DNA of 64,000 nucleotides. It comes from an uncultured Acidobacteriota bacterium (GTDB lineage: Bacteria > Acidobacteriota > UBA6911 > RPQK01 > JAPXNP01). Of this stretch, positions 10,382 to 20,335 are shown in pieces. The translations under genes and the position numbers were made by a program. Each line of letters starts with the position of its first letter. The first letter of the stretch is position 1. Below the pieces are notes generated by a model, which saw only the letters and a list, made by a program, of their open reading frames with translations, had not been told where the DNA came from and searched no databases. The stretch is taken from positions 1,056,001 to 1,120,000 of the forward strand of contig CAVZRV010000007.1 of assembly GCA_963777605.1 (NCBI GenBank), read 5' to 3'.

Positions 10382-11296
10382 CTACCGCAATTCCTCGAGC
10401 AACGCTTCGGCCAACCGGGCCAGGGTCACGGTGGCTTCGTTGTCCGGAGTCCAACGCCGGTCCTCGGAATCCTGGGCAAACAGGCTCAGAACGAAATCGC
10501 CATTCGGTGAAGACACCACGGCGATGTCGTTGCGGACCCGGTCGAGGGCACCGGTCTTGTTGGCCACCTTGTAGCCCTCCCACCGGGGGCCGACCAGGTT
10601 TCGGGGAACCTGCTCGAGGTCGCGTTGTTTTCCCAGGATCTCCAGCATTTTCGAGGTGGACTCCCGGTCTCCCAGTTCCCCTTTCTTGAGCCGCTCCATG
10701 ATAGCCAGCATGTCGGCGGCAGTCGTCACGCCGAGTCCGTAGTTCGCCCGTTCCTCGGGAAGCCCCTCGGGCGCGGGACGAAACACCTTCTTGTTGAGCC
10801 AGGTGTCGCGAAACCCGAAAGCGTGCATGCGCTGGTTCACAGAGTCAATTCCCACCTGATCGATCACCATGTTGGTGGCCGAATTGTCACTCAGTACGAT
10901 CATCAGGGTAATCGCGTCGAGAATAGTGAATTCCAACCCGTCCGAAAGATCCTGCAGGATTCCGGCACCGGGCACCCGGTTCGAGTTGTCGAAGTGGATC
11001 CGCTCCTGCAGGTTGAGGCGGCCTTCGTGGGCCTGCCAAAAGGCCTCGATCATGATCGGGACCTTGATCACGCTCGCCGTCTGCACCCGGCTATCCGGCC
11101 GGTAGGCAAGCGTACGTCCCGAGGTAAGGTTTTTCGCGGCAAAATACAGTTGACCGTGAAATCCCTGGACGATTGCCTGAATGGGTGACGGCAGCTCCTC
11201 CTTCAGCGATGCCCTTGAAAGGCTCTCTCCAAGCGTGGCCGGAACGAAAAAGCCGACCAGGACGAGAATCGCGATGCTTCGAGTCGATGCACTCAT
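10382..11296 (-). CDS. Serine hydrolase, class A beta-lactamase-like
   Basis: SxxK (ASVIK), SDN and KTG motifs; signal peptide. Confidence 0.9.
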   Translation of the reverse strand: MSASTRSIAILVLVGFFVPATLGESLSRASLKEELPSPIQAIVQGFHGQLYFAAKNLTSGRTLAYRPDSRVQTASVIKVPIMIEAFWQAHEGRLNLQERIHFDNSNRVPGAGILQDLSDGLEFTILDAITLMIVLSDNSATNMVIDQVGIDSVNQRMHAFGFRDTWLNKKVFRPAPEGLPEERANYGLGVTTAADMLAIMERLKKGELGDRESTSKMLEILGKQRDLEQVPRNLVGPRWEGYKVANKTGALDRVRNDIAVVSSPNGDFVLSLFAQDSEDRRWTPDNEATVTLARLAEALLEELR

Positions 11297-11946
11297 CGGC
11301 TGGCCAGAATGATTCCATCCCCCCGGCCTCCCCCGCTCTCGTTGGCGCGGGCGTCGGGGAACTGGCGAACTGCAAACTTCAAGTAAGCACGGTGATCGGA
11401 AGCGGTTTCCCGGAAATGCCCGACCAGGGCGACCAGAAATCCAACAGCGGAGACGATGGCGGAAACCGGGAGATTCGCCATTTCTTTTCGTGCCGCTTCG
11501 CGCAGTTCCTCAATCTTCTCGGTGAGAGTGCGGGCGAAGGACTGAAGGAATGGGTTGGAGGAACGGTGCTCGTAGATGATCCCCCGGCTTTCCGTTTGGA
11601 AGTTCTCCTGAAGCAGGGAAAGAGTGTCGAGCACATCCTGGTCAGTCAGCGAGCGGACCTGGCAGGCATATTCGGCCAGGTAATACTCGATCTCCTTGAT
11701 CAGGGGAAGCTGGCTTTCCAGGGCGGTCAGTAACTGGGAGCGACGGGTAGGCTCGTCGATCGACTCGAAGAGCGAGTTGTAGGCGCGTTTCCACTCGTGC
11801 TCGATCCCAACTCCGAGGTAGCTGCAATCGTTGGGGCAGGGAATCTCCAGAACCCGCTTCTCGCCACAGCACTGGGTGCAGATGTTTTGCCCCATTGCGG
11901 GACAGGGACGCTTGCCTTTGCGCTGATTACAGGACGGACATTTCAC
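11293..11946 (-). CDS. Hypothetical protein with Cys-rich, probably Zn-binding N-terminus
   Basis: CPSC..RPCPA...ICTQCC...IPCPNDC; overlaps the serine hydrolase start by 4 bp. Confidence 0.8.
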   Translation of the reverse strand: MKCPSCNQRKGKRPCPAMGQNICTQCCGEKRVLEIPCPNDCSYLGVGIEHEWKRAYNSLFESIDEPTRRSQLLTALESQLPLIKEIEYYLAEYACQVRSLTDQDVLDTLSLLQENFQTESRGIIYEHRSSNPFLQSFARTLTEKIEELREAARKEMANLPVSAIVSAVGFLVALVGHFRETASDHRAYLKFAVRQFPDARANESGGGRGDGIILASR

Positions 11947-11960
11947 GGGACCAGTATACT

Positions 11961-11995
11961 TGCGAAGTGCGAATTACGAAGTGCGAAGTGCGAAT
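11961..11995. repeat. Heptamer tandem repeat T(G/A)CGAA(G/T) x5
   Basis: tgcgaag tgcgaat tacgaag tgcgaag tgcgaat. Confidence 0.9.
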
Positions 11996-13015
11996 TCATA
12001 GGATCAGCATTGCGTCGCCGTAGCTGTAGAACCGGTACCGCTCGCGGACGGCTGTCTCATAGGCGCATCGAATCAGTTCGGTTCCCGCGAAAGCAGATAC
12101 CAGCAGGAGCAGTGTCGACCCCGGCAGGTGGAAGTTGGTGACCAGCCCGTCGATGGCCGTGAACCTGAACCCAGGGTAGATGAACAGGTCGGTGGTGCCG
12201 CTGGCCTCGACAATCTTCCCGTGAGCTTGGGCCACATGCTCGAGGGTTCGGGTCGTGGTCGTTCCCACGGCGATCACGCGCTTTCCAGAATCCTGCTGCC
12301 CGCGGATGGCGGCAGCGGCGTCGGCAGCCAGGGTGAACGGCTCGGCATCCATCCGGTGATCCTCGATCCGCTCGGCCTCCAGAGGCCGAAAGGTTCCATA
12401 CCCGACATGGAGGGTGATCTTGCAGTGACGAATCCGGGCCAGGAGTGCGTCGGTGAAGTGGAGGCCTGCGGTCGGAGCCGCCACCGAACCGGTTTGCCGG
12501 GCGAAAACCGTCTGATACCTGTGACGGTCTTCGTCCGTTGCCGCTCTGCGAATGTAAGGAGGCAAAGGAACTTGCCCGAGCCGGTCCAGTTCAGCCCAGA
12601 ACCGGCTTCCTCCAGGGGAGAATCGGAGGATCCGCTTCCCCAGTTCGCCGACTGTTTCGACGACGGCTTCGAACCTCCCCTGCTCGAGGATCAACCGGGT
12701 CCCCGGGGGGCATCGGCGCGCCGGGCGGATCAGGGCCTCCCAGCAGGCCGCATCGACCGGCTGCAACAGAAGAATCTCGATTGCCGTCCCGTTCGGCTTG
12801 GTTGCGCGGAGTCGAGCCGGCAAGACCCGGGTATCGTTGAGTACCAGGAGATCATCCGGGAGGAGCAGCGCCGGCAGTTCGTGAAAGCGCTGGTGCGAAA
12901 TATCCCCCGTCGCCCGGTTGAGAACCATGAGGCGGGAGTCTTCGCGCCGTTCCGACGGGAACTGGGCAATCAGCTCCTCCGGCAAGCGGTACTCGAAGTC
13001 CGATCGATGCGGCAC
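11996..13015 (-). CDS. queA: S-adenosylmethionine:tRNA ribosyltransferase-isomerase
   Basis: LPEELIAQ, NDTRVLPAR, PLPPYI, AAPTAGLHF, TNFHLP, YRFYSYGDAM. Confidence 0.97.
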   Translation of the reverse strand: MPHRSDFEYRLPEELIAQFPSERREDSRLMVLNRATGDISHQRFHELPALLLPDDLLVLNDTRVLPARLRATKPNGTAIEILLLQPVDAACWEALIRPARRCPPGTRLILEQGRFEAVVETVGELGKRILRFSPGGSRFWAELDRLGQVPLPPYIRRAATDEDRHRYQTVFARQTGSVAAPTAGLHFTDALLARIRHCKITLHVGYGTFRPLEAERIEDHRMDAEPFTLAADAAAAIRGQQDSGKRVIAVGTTTTRTLEHVAQAHGKIVEASGTTDLFIYPGFRFTAIDGLVTNFHLPGSTLLLLVSAFAGTELIRCAYETAVRERYRFYSYGDAMLIL

Positions 13016-13032
13016 AGGATTCCGTCCGCCAG

Positions 13033-13887
13033 TTACGGCTGAGCCTCGTCGAGCGGGCGGATCTCGATCCTCCGGAAGAAGACTTCGGCACCTTCCGACT
13101 GGAACATGATCTTGCCGCTGTTGAACGTCGAATCGGTGAGGTGGTTTACTTCGATTCCGTTGACGAAGTTCGTAATCTCGTTACCGCGGCAGATTACGTC
13201 CAGCCGGGTCCACTGTCCCCACGGGCTTTCCACGTCAGCGATACCTCTGACGCCGATTACGTCCATCCAATCCGGGTCCCTTCCGAACCAGTTGATGCGG
13301 CCGCTGTCGAATTCCCGAACCTGTCCGCGCGGATCGTATACCCACTCACCGTCACGGTCCTGGCGCACGGTTGCCTTTGCTTTCGGAGAAAGGCGGGTAC
13401 CGTCTTCCTCGAATCCCGCGACCAGAATGATGTCGGCAATTCCGCCCTCGATGAGCTGGGTCTCGATCGACCGCATCCAGGGTCCGTTGAAGTCCTTGCC
13501 CGTGTTGCCGTCCTTACCCCGACAGTGGAGGAGGATGCCGCTGTCACGGCTGTGCGTCTTGCGATTTCCCCAAGTCAGAAATCCCCAGCGCATCTCGACG
13601 ATGAGGTGATAATCGCGGTACTCGTCCTTGGTCGTAAAGCCGCCCCATTCTTCCCCACTTACCCGGATTGCAGGGGCGCCGTCGATCCGGTCAACCACGG
13701 TCACGACCCGCATCGGATCTTCGTAGTGGTGGTTAACGATCCATCGGTAGAAGCCGTCCAGGTTCTTTCCGTTGAAAAGGACGATCGGCTTCGTCGGTGT
13801 GATCGGGGCAGCCGTTGCCGGCAGCCAGAAACAGGTTAGCAGGGCAGCAATGAAGACAGTCTTTTTGAGCATGGTGATAGGGTCCAT
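13033..13887 (-). CDS. DUF1080 (3-keto-disaccharide hydrolase-like) exported protein
   Basis: Signal peptide, LFNGKNLDG, RDSGILLH, FQSEGAEVFFR. Confidence 0.88.
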   Translation of the reverse strand: MDPITMLKKTVFIAALLTCFWLPATAAPITPTKPIVLFNGKNLDGFYRWIVNHHYEDPMRVVTVVDRIDGAPAIRVSGEEWGGFTTKDEYRDYHLIVEMRWGFLTWGNRKTHSRDSGILLHCRGKDGNTGKDFNGPWMRSIETQLIEGGIADIILVAGFEEDGTRLSPKAKATVRQDRDGEWVYDPRGQVREFDSGRINWFGRDPDWMDVIGVRGIADVESPWGQWTRLDVICRGNEITNFVNGIEVNHLTDSTFNSGKIMFQSEGAEVFFRRIEIRPLDEAQP

Positions 13888-13955
13888 TCCTTTCTTTCAA
13901 CCTGACAGCTAGATTTAAACACTGTTGTGCTCGCCAATCTACCTTCAGGTGTGCG

Positions 13956-13964
13956 TGCTATGAT
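13956..13964 (+). promoter_or_regulatory. Extended -10 promoter for a leaderless hpt transcript
   Basis: TGCTATGAT then 6 nt then GTG start; no SD. Confidence 0.55.
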
Positions 13965-13970
13965 CGGCCC

Positions 13971-14519
13971 GTGGCCGGCACTGGCGAAATTGCGGAGATT
14001 CTGTTCACGAAAGAGCAGATCCAGAGTTGCGTCGAGAGACTCGGCCGGCAAATCGAAAAGGATTACCAGGGACGCGAGTTGCTCGTGGTCGGGGTGCTGA
14101 GGGGGGCGGCGATCTTCCATGCCGACCTGGTCCGGTGCCTGAGCCCCTCCATTCGCATCGACTTCATTGCAGTGTCGAGCTACGGCGCATCCACCCAAAC
14201 CTCGGGCGAAGTAAAACTGATCAAAGATCTGGAAACCAGCGTGGGCGGCAGCAATCTCCTGTTGGTGGAGGACATCGTAGACACCGGCCTCACCCTCGAT
14301 TACCTGCTCCGGTTGCTGCGCAGCCGCAATCCCCGGTCGCTTCGGGTCTGCAGCCTGCTGTCCAAGCCCTCGAGACGTCAGGTGGATGTCGATATCGACT
14401 ACCTCGGTTTCGAAATTTCCGATCTTTTCGTGGTGGGTTACGGCCTTGACCTCGACCAGAGGTGCCGTAATCTCCCCTTCATTGGAGTCCCCAGCGAACC
14501 CCAAATCCCAAAGCGGTAA
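13971..14519 (+). CDS. hpt: Hypoxanthine phosphoribosyltransferase
   Basis: LLLVEDIVDTGLTL PRPP-binding motif, VSSYG, FVVGYGLD. Confidence 0.95.
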   Translation: MAGTGEIAEILFTKEQIQSCVERLGRQIEKDYQGRELLVVGVLRGAAIFHADLVRCLSPSIRIDFIAVSSYGASTQTSGEVKLIKDLETSVGGSNLLLVEDIVDTGLTLDYLLRLLRSRNPRSLRVCSLLSKPSRRQVDVDIDYLGFEISDLFVVGYGLDLDQRCRNLPFIGVPSEPQIPKR

Positions 14520-14532
14520 CCGTAAATCGTTC

Positions 14533-16566
14533 TTAGACTTCGACCAAGTCGAAATTCTCAATGTGCATCAGTGGATCGGTCATGATCGTGATCTGTTTCC
14601 GCGTCATGTCCCTGAGTTCATCCTGAACGAACCGATGACTCGACCGAAGCGCTTCTCCAACATCCGGGTGACAGCGAATGATCAATTCCTGCCCCGGCCC
14701 GAACGAACTCAACGAGCGTCGCACTTCACCATGGATCGCGTAGCAGACGGTCCGAACCGACTTGGTCATTCCGGTTCCATCGCAGTAGATACAGGGCTGG
14801 CAGAGACTCCGCTCGAGTGACTGCTTGACCCGCTTCCGGGTGATTGCCACCAGGCCGAACTCGTTAAAAGGGAGCACCTTGGAGGGGGACTTGTCTTTGC
14901 GCAGTTCGCCCTGCAGTGCGTCCCAGACCCGCTGCTGGTTGCGCGTGTCGTTCATGTCGATGAAATCGACGATGATGATGCCGCCGAGGTCGCGCAGGCG
15001 AATCTGCCGGACCACTTCCCGGACTGCGTCCAGGTTGGTTCGGGCGATGGTGTCCTCCAGCGAGTTGGTTTTGCCGACGTACTTGCCCGTGTTGACGTCA
15101 ATTGCGACCAGCGCTTCCGTTTGATTGAGCACGATGTAGCCGCCGTTCTTGAGCCAGACCTTGCTGCGCAGCCCGCGTTCGATCTCGGCGGTGACGGCAA
15201 ACTCGTCAAAAATGGGGTTGCGCTTAGTGTAGAGGCGGATCTTGCTTACCAGCGCGGGGTTGAAGTTGCTGATGAACTCGCAAATCCGCGCGTATTCTTC
15301 CTCGTCATCGACCCGGATGGCGCGGTAATCGTCCGAGAAGAAGTCCCGAATCACGCGCTGGACCATGTCCAGTTCGCTGTGCAGAAGCGTCGGCGCTGAT
15401 CCCCCTTCCGCCTTGTTCTTGACCTGTTCCCAAAGCCGGGTGAGGTAAACCATATCGGCCTTCAAATCGGCCCGGGTCTTCCCTTCCCCTGCGGTTCGGA
15501 CGATAAATCCTTTTTCGAGGTCCCCCCTCAGTTCGACGACCAGGTCACGCAACCGCTGCCGCTCCCTGGAGGAGTCGATCCGGCGGGACACGCCCACGTG
15601 GTTGACGGTAGGCATAAAGACCAGGTATCGCCCGGGGAGCACAATATGCGACGTAATCCGTGCCCCTTTTTTCGCGATCGGCTCCTTGGCAACCTGAACC
15701 ATGATCTCTTGGCCCTCTTTCAGCAAATCTCCGATCAGGGGAACACCACTCGAACCATCCCGTCGCCGGCCCCGGGAGCCGCTGTTGCGGGGGGAGGGGA
15801 AATTCTGTTCCGTCGAAGGGGCGTCCACGCGGGCCTTGCGGGTTGGGGTCCGACGCCGCGTGGGTCGTCGCGTCCGCTTGGGTGCAGGAGGAGCGGCCAC
15901 CGTAAGCTCATCGGGAATAATCTGGGGCGCCGGCAGGTACTCTTCACTGCCGGTCAATCTCGTGGTCGGGAACTGGGCCTGGAATTCGAGTGCTTCGGGC
16001 AGGACCTGGGGGATGGCCTCCGGCTTCAATACCGTGACGGGCGGTAGCACCGGGACAGCAGTGGGAGGGGCCTCTGCCGGAGCCGGAGCCGGTTCCCTGG
16101 TTTTCTCGCTTCCGGCGGAAGAAGAATCGGCGGTTGCTTGTGTCTGAGCGGATTCGGCGCCGGGCCCCGAGTCTTCCGTGCGACTTTCCTCGTCGCGCCA
16201 CTGCGAAGAACGACGTCCTCGCCGCCCTCGCCGCGAGCGCCGCTCATCACTGGTTCGCTCGGTCCGCTGCTCTTCCTCGACGGCCGGCTCTTCCTCGAGC
16301 GAGTCGGTCACCTTCAGAAGATCTTCGTAGTCCTGGTAGTCTTCGAAGAAGTCGGTGACGTAAAGGAAGGCGTTGCGTTCCAGACCAATATCGACGAAAG
16401 CCGCCTGCATTCCAGGCAGAACGCGTGTGACTTTACCTTTGTAAACATTTCCGAGGATGTTGCGGGTCTGTTCCGATTCGATGAAGATTTCGGTTACCTG
16501 ATCATCCTCAACAATCGCTACTCTTTTCTCAAGGTTCGTCGCACTGACGACCAACTCCTTGGACAT
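14533..16566 (-). CDS. rne: Rne/Rng family ribonuclease with low-complexity insertion in the S1 region
   Basis: GNVYKGKVTRVLPGMQAAFVDIG, AIDVNTG, RLRDLGGIIIVDFIDM, CxxC; ATG at 16566 with AAGGAG RBS. Confidence 0.92.
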   Translation of the reverse strand: MSKELVVSATNLEKRVAIVEDDQVTEIFIESEQTRNILGNVYKGKVTRVLPGMQAAFVDIGLERNAFLYVTDFFEDYQDYEDLLKVTDSLEEEPAVEEEQRTERTSDERRSRRGRRGRRSSQWRDEESRTEDSGPGAESAQTQATADSSSAGSEKTREPAPAPAEAPPTAVPVLPPVTVLKPEAIPQVLPEALEFQAQFPTTRLTGSEEYLPAPQIIPDELTVAAPPAPKRTRRPTRRRTPTRKARVDAPSTEQNFPSPRNSGSRGRRRDGSSGVPLIGDLLKEGQEIMVQVAKEPIAKKGARITSHIVLPGRYLVFMPTVNHVGVSRRIDSSRERQRLRDLVVELRGDLEKGFIVRTAGEGKTRADLKADMVYLTRLWEQVKNKAEGGSAPTLLHSELDMVQRVIRDFFSDDYRAIRVDDEEEYARICEFISNFNPALVSKIRLYTKRNPIFDEFAVTAEIERGLRSKVWLKNGGYIVLNQTEALVAIDVNTGKYVGKTNSLEDTIARTNLDAVREVVRQIRLRDLGGIIIVDFIDMNDTRNQQRVWDALQGELRKDKSPSKVLPFNEFGLVAITRKRVKQSLERSLCQPCIYCDGTGMTKSVRTVCYAIHGEVRRSLSSFGPGQELIIRCHPDVGEALRSSHRFVQDELRDMTRKQITIMTDPLMHIENFDLVEV

Positions 16567-17003
16567 CGAATTCTCCTTCGAACAGGTACAATCCACCTAT
16601 CCGTATGGAGAAGAATCTCGGGAAAGACACCGGCAGACTACTCTCCCGCCGGAGAATGAATCGAGCGCAAATTAAAAACCGATACATCCGGCTTAGCAAA
16701 CCGGGAAGGGCCGATCACGTCGGGAAACAGGCCGCACTGATCCGGATTCCCCATCAATCCGGCGGTTGACAGAACGCCTTTGCCGACACTCAAATACCGA
16801 GGAGGTCTGATCATCCCGGGGCCCTGAAACTCTTTGTTTGTTGCGTCGAAATCGTTGAACACTTAACCCGACAAACTTCTCAAAAAACCAAACATAAGCC
16901 GTCGCTTACGACAGCCGACGGCATGCAAGTAGCAAGCTCTAAAATGCAGACTAATCCACTAGTCTGCCAAATTCGCTAGGTCCTGAATCGGCCTATGTAA
17001 ACA

Positions 17004-17033
17004 ATTATAGCGATCACTGCAAATATCTCGCAA
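17004..17033 (-). promoter_or_regulatory. Sigma70-type promoter about 430 nt upstream of rne
   Basis: TTGCGA-N18-TATAAT on the minus strand. Confidence 0.55.
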
Positions 17034-17066
17034 GCCTTGATTCGCGCACAGCGGTGGGGCCTTCCC

Positions 17067-18401
17067 CTAAACTGACACGAAATCGACGTCTTCGATCAGG
17101 AGATACTCGTCATCGATCTCCGAGACGAGGCCCTGCACCAGCCGGTTTCCGGGGATCTCCGGGGGGACCAGGGCCTTGAGATAATTGCCCGTAAGTCCTT
17201 CCCGTCGTCCCTTCCTCTCGTCGGTAAGAGTCAGCAGCGATACGTGACGTCCTTTGTACTGTCGCCGGAATTCCCCCAGCTTAGCCTGTCCGATCTCTCT
17301 CAGTTCAGCTGACCGGCGGGCGATGACAGCGGGAGAGACCTTGCCATCCATTTCGGATGCTTCAGTCCCCGGCCGATCGCTGTAAGGGAAGACGTGCACG
17401 TAAGTGAAAGGGCCTTCTTCGAGGACACGGCAGGTTGCGGCATGGTCCTCCTCAGTTTCGCCAGGGAACCCAACGATTAAGTCGGTTCCGATGGAGGCGT
17501 CAGGTATCGTGCCGCGAATCGCGTCAACGATGTTGAGGAATCGGCTGGTGTTGTACGGACGCAACATCCGGCGCAGGATGCGGTCAGAGCCACTCTGCAG
17601 GCAGATGTGGAAATGATGTGCAATCCTGGGATTTGCCGCGGCCAGGGCGATGACGCGGCGTGACAGTTCCATCGGTTCAATTGAGCTCAGTCGAAGCTGT
17701 CCCAAACCGGGCACCTCAACGATCCTTTCCAGGAGCTGGTCGAGCCGGAATCGTGGCTTGAGATAGATGCCGTAGGTACCGATGTGAATGCCGGTCAGGA
17801 CGATCTCCTGAAATCCGGCCTCCACCAGTTCTTGGACCTGTCCCAGTACCTGGTCGGGGGGGACGCTTCGGCTGGGGCCCCGGACGGAGGGGATGATGCA
17901 GTAGGTGCAGCGGGCGTCGCAGCCGTCCTGGATCTTCACGAAGGGACGGGTCTTGCCCCCGACCTGGGTTGCCGGCGCCAGGTCGATGCTGCGCACTTTC
18001 TCAAACGAATCACGGTAAATCGTCGCCAGTTGTTGCCGGTAGCCTCCGGTGCCGCCGGCGTGCGGATCGGTTGCGATTTCAACCAGATCCTGTTTCCGGG
18101 TGTTTCCGACGACGGCATCGAGCCCACTGATCCGGGCCAGGCGCTCAGGGGCGCGCTGGGCAAAGCACCCGGTGACGATGATTCGGGCAGTTGGATTCTC
18201 TCGGCGCATTTTCCGCGTCAGTTGCCGAACTTGCTGATCGGAGCGGTGGGTGACCGTACAGGAGTTCAGTACGATCACATCGGCGTCTCGATGACATTCC
18301 GCCTCTTCGAAGGAGGCATCGACGAAATCCTGGCGGATCGCCGCGCTGTCGGCCTGGTTGGTGCGACAGCCAAAGGTGGAAATGAAGAACTTGCGGCTCA
18401 T
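17067..18401 (-). CDS. mtaB: tRNA t6A37 methylthiotransferase
   Basis: TFGCRTNQ, NSCTVT, KIQDGCDARCTYC radical SAM motif, LTGIHIG, HVFPYS. Confidence 0.93.
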   Translation of the reverse strand: MSRKFFISTFGCRTNQADSAAIRQDFVDASFEEAECHRDADVIVLNSCTVTHRSDQQVRQLTRKMRRENPTARIIVTGCFAQRAPERLARISGLDAVVGNTRKQDLVEIATDPHAGGTGGYRQQLATIYRDSFEKVRSIDLAPATQVGGKTRPFVKIQDGCDARCTYCIIPSVRGPSRSVPPDQVLGQVQELVEAGFQEIVLTGIHIGTYGIYLKPRFRLDQLLERIVEVPGLGQLRLSSIEPMELSRRVIALAAANPRIAHHFHICLQSGSDRILRRMLRPYNTSRFLNIVDAIRGTIPDASIGTDLIVGFPGETEEDHAATCRVLEEGPFTYVHVFPYSDRPGTEASEMDGKVSPAVIARRSAELREIGQAKLGEFRRQYKGRHVSLLTLTDERKGRREGLTGNYLKALVPPEIPGNRLVQGLVSEIDDEYLLIEDVDFVSV

Positions 18402-18431
18402 GGTTTCAGGTTCCGGTCTATCCAAAATCGA

Positions 18432-19466
18432 TTAACTCTGTTCGAGGCAGGCAAGCTGCCCGCAGGCGGCAGACACGTCGTCGCCTCGCGTCTTTCGAAC
18501 GAATCCGGTGATCCCGTGCTCGGACAGAACCGCCTGGAAGTTTCGGACCCGCGATTCGTCCGGGCGGTCGTGGGGCAGGCCGGGGTTGGGGTTGTAAGGG
18601 ATCAGGTTCACTTTGGCCGGGATCCCGCGCAGCAGCCGGGCCAACCGGAATGCGTCTTCGTCCCGGTCCGTTTCGTCCCGGAGCAGCACGTATTCAATCG
18701 TGATTCTCCGACGGGGCTCGAGCGGGAATCCTCTCAGCGTCTCGAGCAGTTCCGCGATCGGCCATTTTCGGTTGATCGGCATGACCTGGTCCCGGATCTC
18801 GTTGGTAGTCGCATTCAGGGAGACCGCCAGGTTGGGCAGGAGAGGCTCTTCCATCATCCGCCTCAGGACGGGCACCACCCCGGACGTCGAGACGGTGATC
18901 TTCCGGTAGGAGAGGTTCATCCCGGTTTCGTCAACAAGGAGACGGAACGCCTTCATGACATTCTGATAGTTGTAGAGGGGTTCCCCCATCCCCATGAAGA
19001 CAATGTTGAAACCCTGCTCCGAGATGCGTCCGTCCCGGATGACCCGTAGAACCTGGCCCACGATTTCGCCCGCCCGAAGGTTCCTCTGGAATCCCATCTG
19101 TGCCGTCATGCAAAACGTGCAGCCGACGGCACAACCGACCTGAGACGAAATGCACAGCGTGTTGCGCTCTTCATCGGGAATGTGGACGGCCTCGATGAAC
19201 TGACCGTCTTCGAGGCGGAACAGGTACTTGCAGGTCCCGTCGCCCGACTCGGTCTTGCGGTGGATCTCGGGCAACCCGATGTGGTGGTAGTCTGAGAGCC
19301 GCGCGCGAAAAGACCGTGCCAAATCAGTCATCGAGTCGAAGTCCAGCGCCTTTCGCCGGTACAGGTGGGCGTAGAGCTGGCGGCCCCGGAAGGGTTTCTC
19401 CCCCAGAGAAAGTGCGACGTTCTCCAACTCTGTTTGGTCGAGTCCGATCAAGTTGCCTGGCTTCAT
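18432..19466 (-). CDS. rlmN: 23S rRNA/tRNA m2A methyltransferase
   Basis: CISSQVGCAVGCTFC, FMGMGEP, AACGQL. Confidence 0.96.
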   Translation of the reverse strand: MKPGNLIGLDQTELENVALSLGEKPFRGRQLYAHLYRRKALDFDSMTDLARSFRARLSDYHHIGLPEIHRKTESGDGTCKYLFRLEDGQFIEAVHIPDEERNTLCISSQVGCAVGCTFCMTAQMGFQRNLRAGEIVGQVLRVIRDGRISEQGFNIVFMGMGEPLYNYQNVMKAFRLLVDETGMNLSYRKITVSTSGVVPVLRRMMEEPLLPNLAVSLNATTNEIRDQVMPINRKWPIAELLETLRGFPLEPRRRITIEYVLLRDETDRDEDAFRLARLLRGIPAKVNLIPYNPNPGLPHDRPDESRVRNFQAVLSEHGITGFVRKTRGDDVSAACGQLACLEQS

Positions 19467-19552
19467 GTCTGTGCGATCATTATAGCGAGGTGGCGGCGCG
19501 ATCCCTCGGCATTGTCATCCCTTTAGGGTTGAATACCTCCAGTAAACGGCTT

Positions 19553-20335
19553 ATGAGAATCGTTGTCCTGGGCAGTGGAAGCGGCGGCAATTGTACCTGC
19601 GTTGAATCGCGGCAGACACGACTGCTGATCGACGCCGGGTTCGGCATCCGAAGCCTGGATCGCCGTTTTGCCGAGTCGGGGCTCCCTCCGTCGCCGGTTG
19701 ACGGCATCCTGATTACGCACGGGCACAACGATCACGTCGCGGGCGTCCCTTCCCTGGTGCGCAGACACCGTTGCGTGGTTTATTCGAGTGAGGGTACCCG
19801 CCGGGAGACTTCCCACCTGGCCAATCTCGATCGGCACGAGACTTTGAAGGAAGGCGAGACCGTGCAGATCGGCGATATTCAGATCACTCCTTTTCCGACG
19901 CCCCACGATGCCGCCCAACCGGTGGGATATCGCATTGAATCGGAGGGAGTTCGGGGAATCCTCGCAACCGACCTGGGCGAGGTAACTCCGGAACTGATCG
20001 AACATTCCAGGGGTTGCCACTGGATGGTCCTGGAGTCGAACCACGACGAAGAAATGTTGCGCCTGGGTCCCTACCCCTGGGACCTGAAGCGCCGCGTGCT
20101 GGGAAGGTACGGTCACCTGTCCAACGACGCCCTGGCCGATTTCCTGCTGGGTCCATTCGACGGTACGGCCTCCCACCTTTTTCTTGCCCACCTGAGCCGC
20201 AAGAACAATCTCCCTGAACTGGCTTTCGACACCGCCTCGCGGGTCCTTGGTGAACGGGCAATGCGGACCCGGCGCAACGGCGTCCACGTTCACTTGACTG
20301 ACCAAATCAAACCCTCCATAGTGATAAATCTATGA
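19553..20335 (+). CDS. MBL-fold metallo-hydrolase (YycJ/WalJ-like)
   Basis: LGSGSGGN, THGHNDH, PHDA, LESNHD, GHLSN, LAHLS; likely start ATG 19553. Confidence 0.9.
   Translation: MRIVVLGSGSGGNCTCVESRQTRLLIDAGFGIRSLDRRFAESGLPPSPVDGILITHGHNDHVAGVPSLVRRHRCVVYSSEGTRRETSHLANLDRHETLKEGETVQIGDIQITPFPTPHDAAQPVGYRIESEGVRGILATDLGEVTPELIEHSRGCHWMVLESNHDEEMLRLGPYPWDLKRRVLGRYGHLSNDALADFLLGPFDGTASHLFLAHLSRKNNLPELAFDTASRVLGERAMRTRRNGVHVHLTDQIKPSIVINL

Noticed and set aside
10382-11296. Antibiotic-resistance beta-lactamase
   Set aside because: No clear class A omega-loop ExxLN motif; generic serine hydrolase is the safer call
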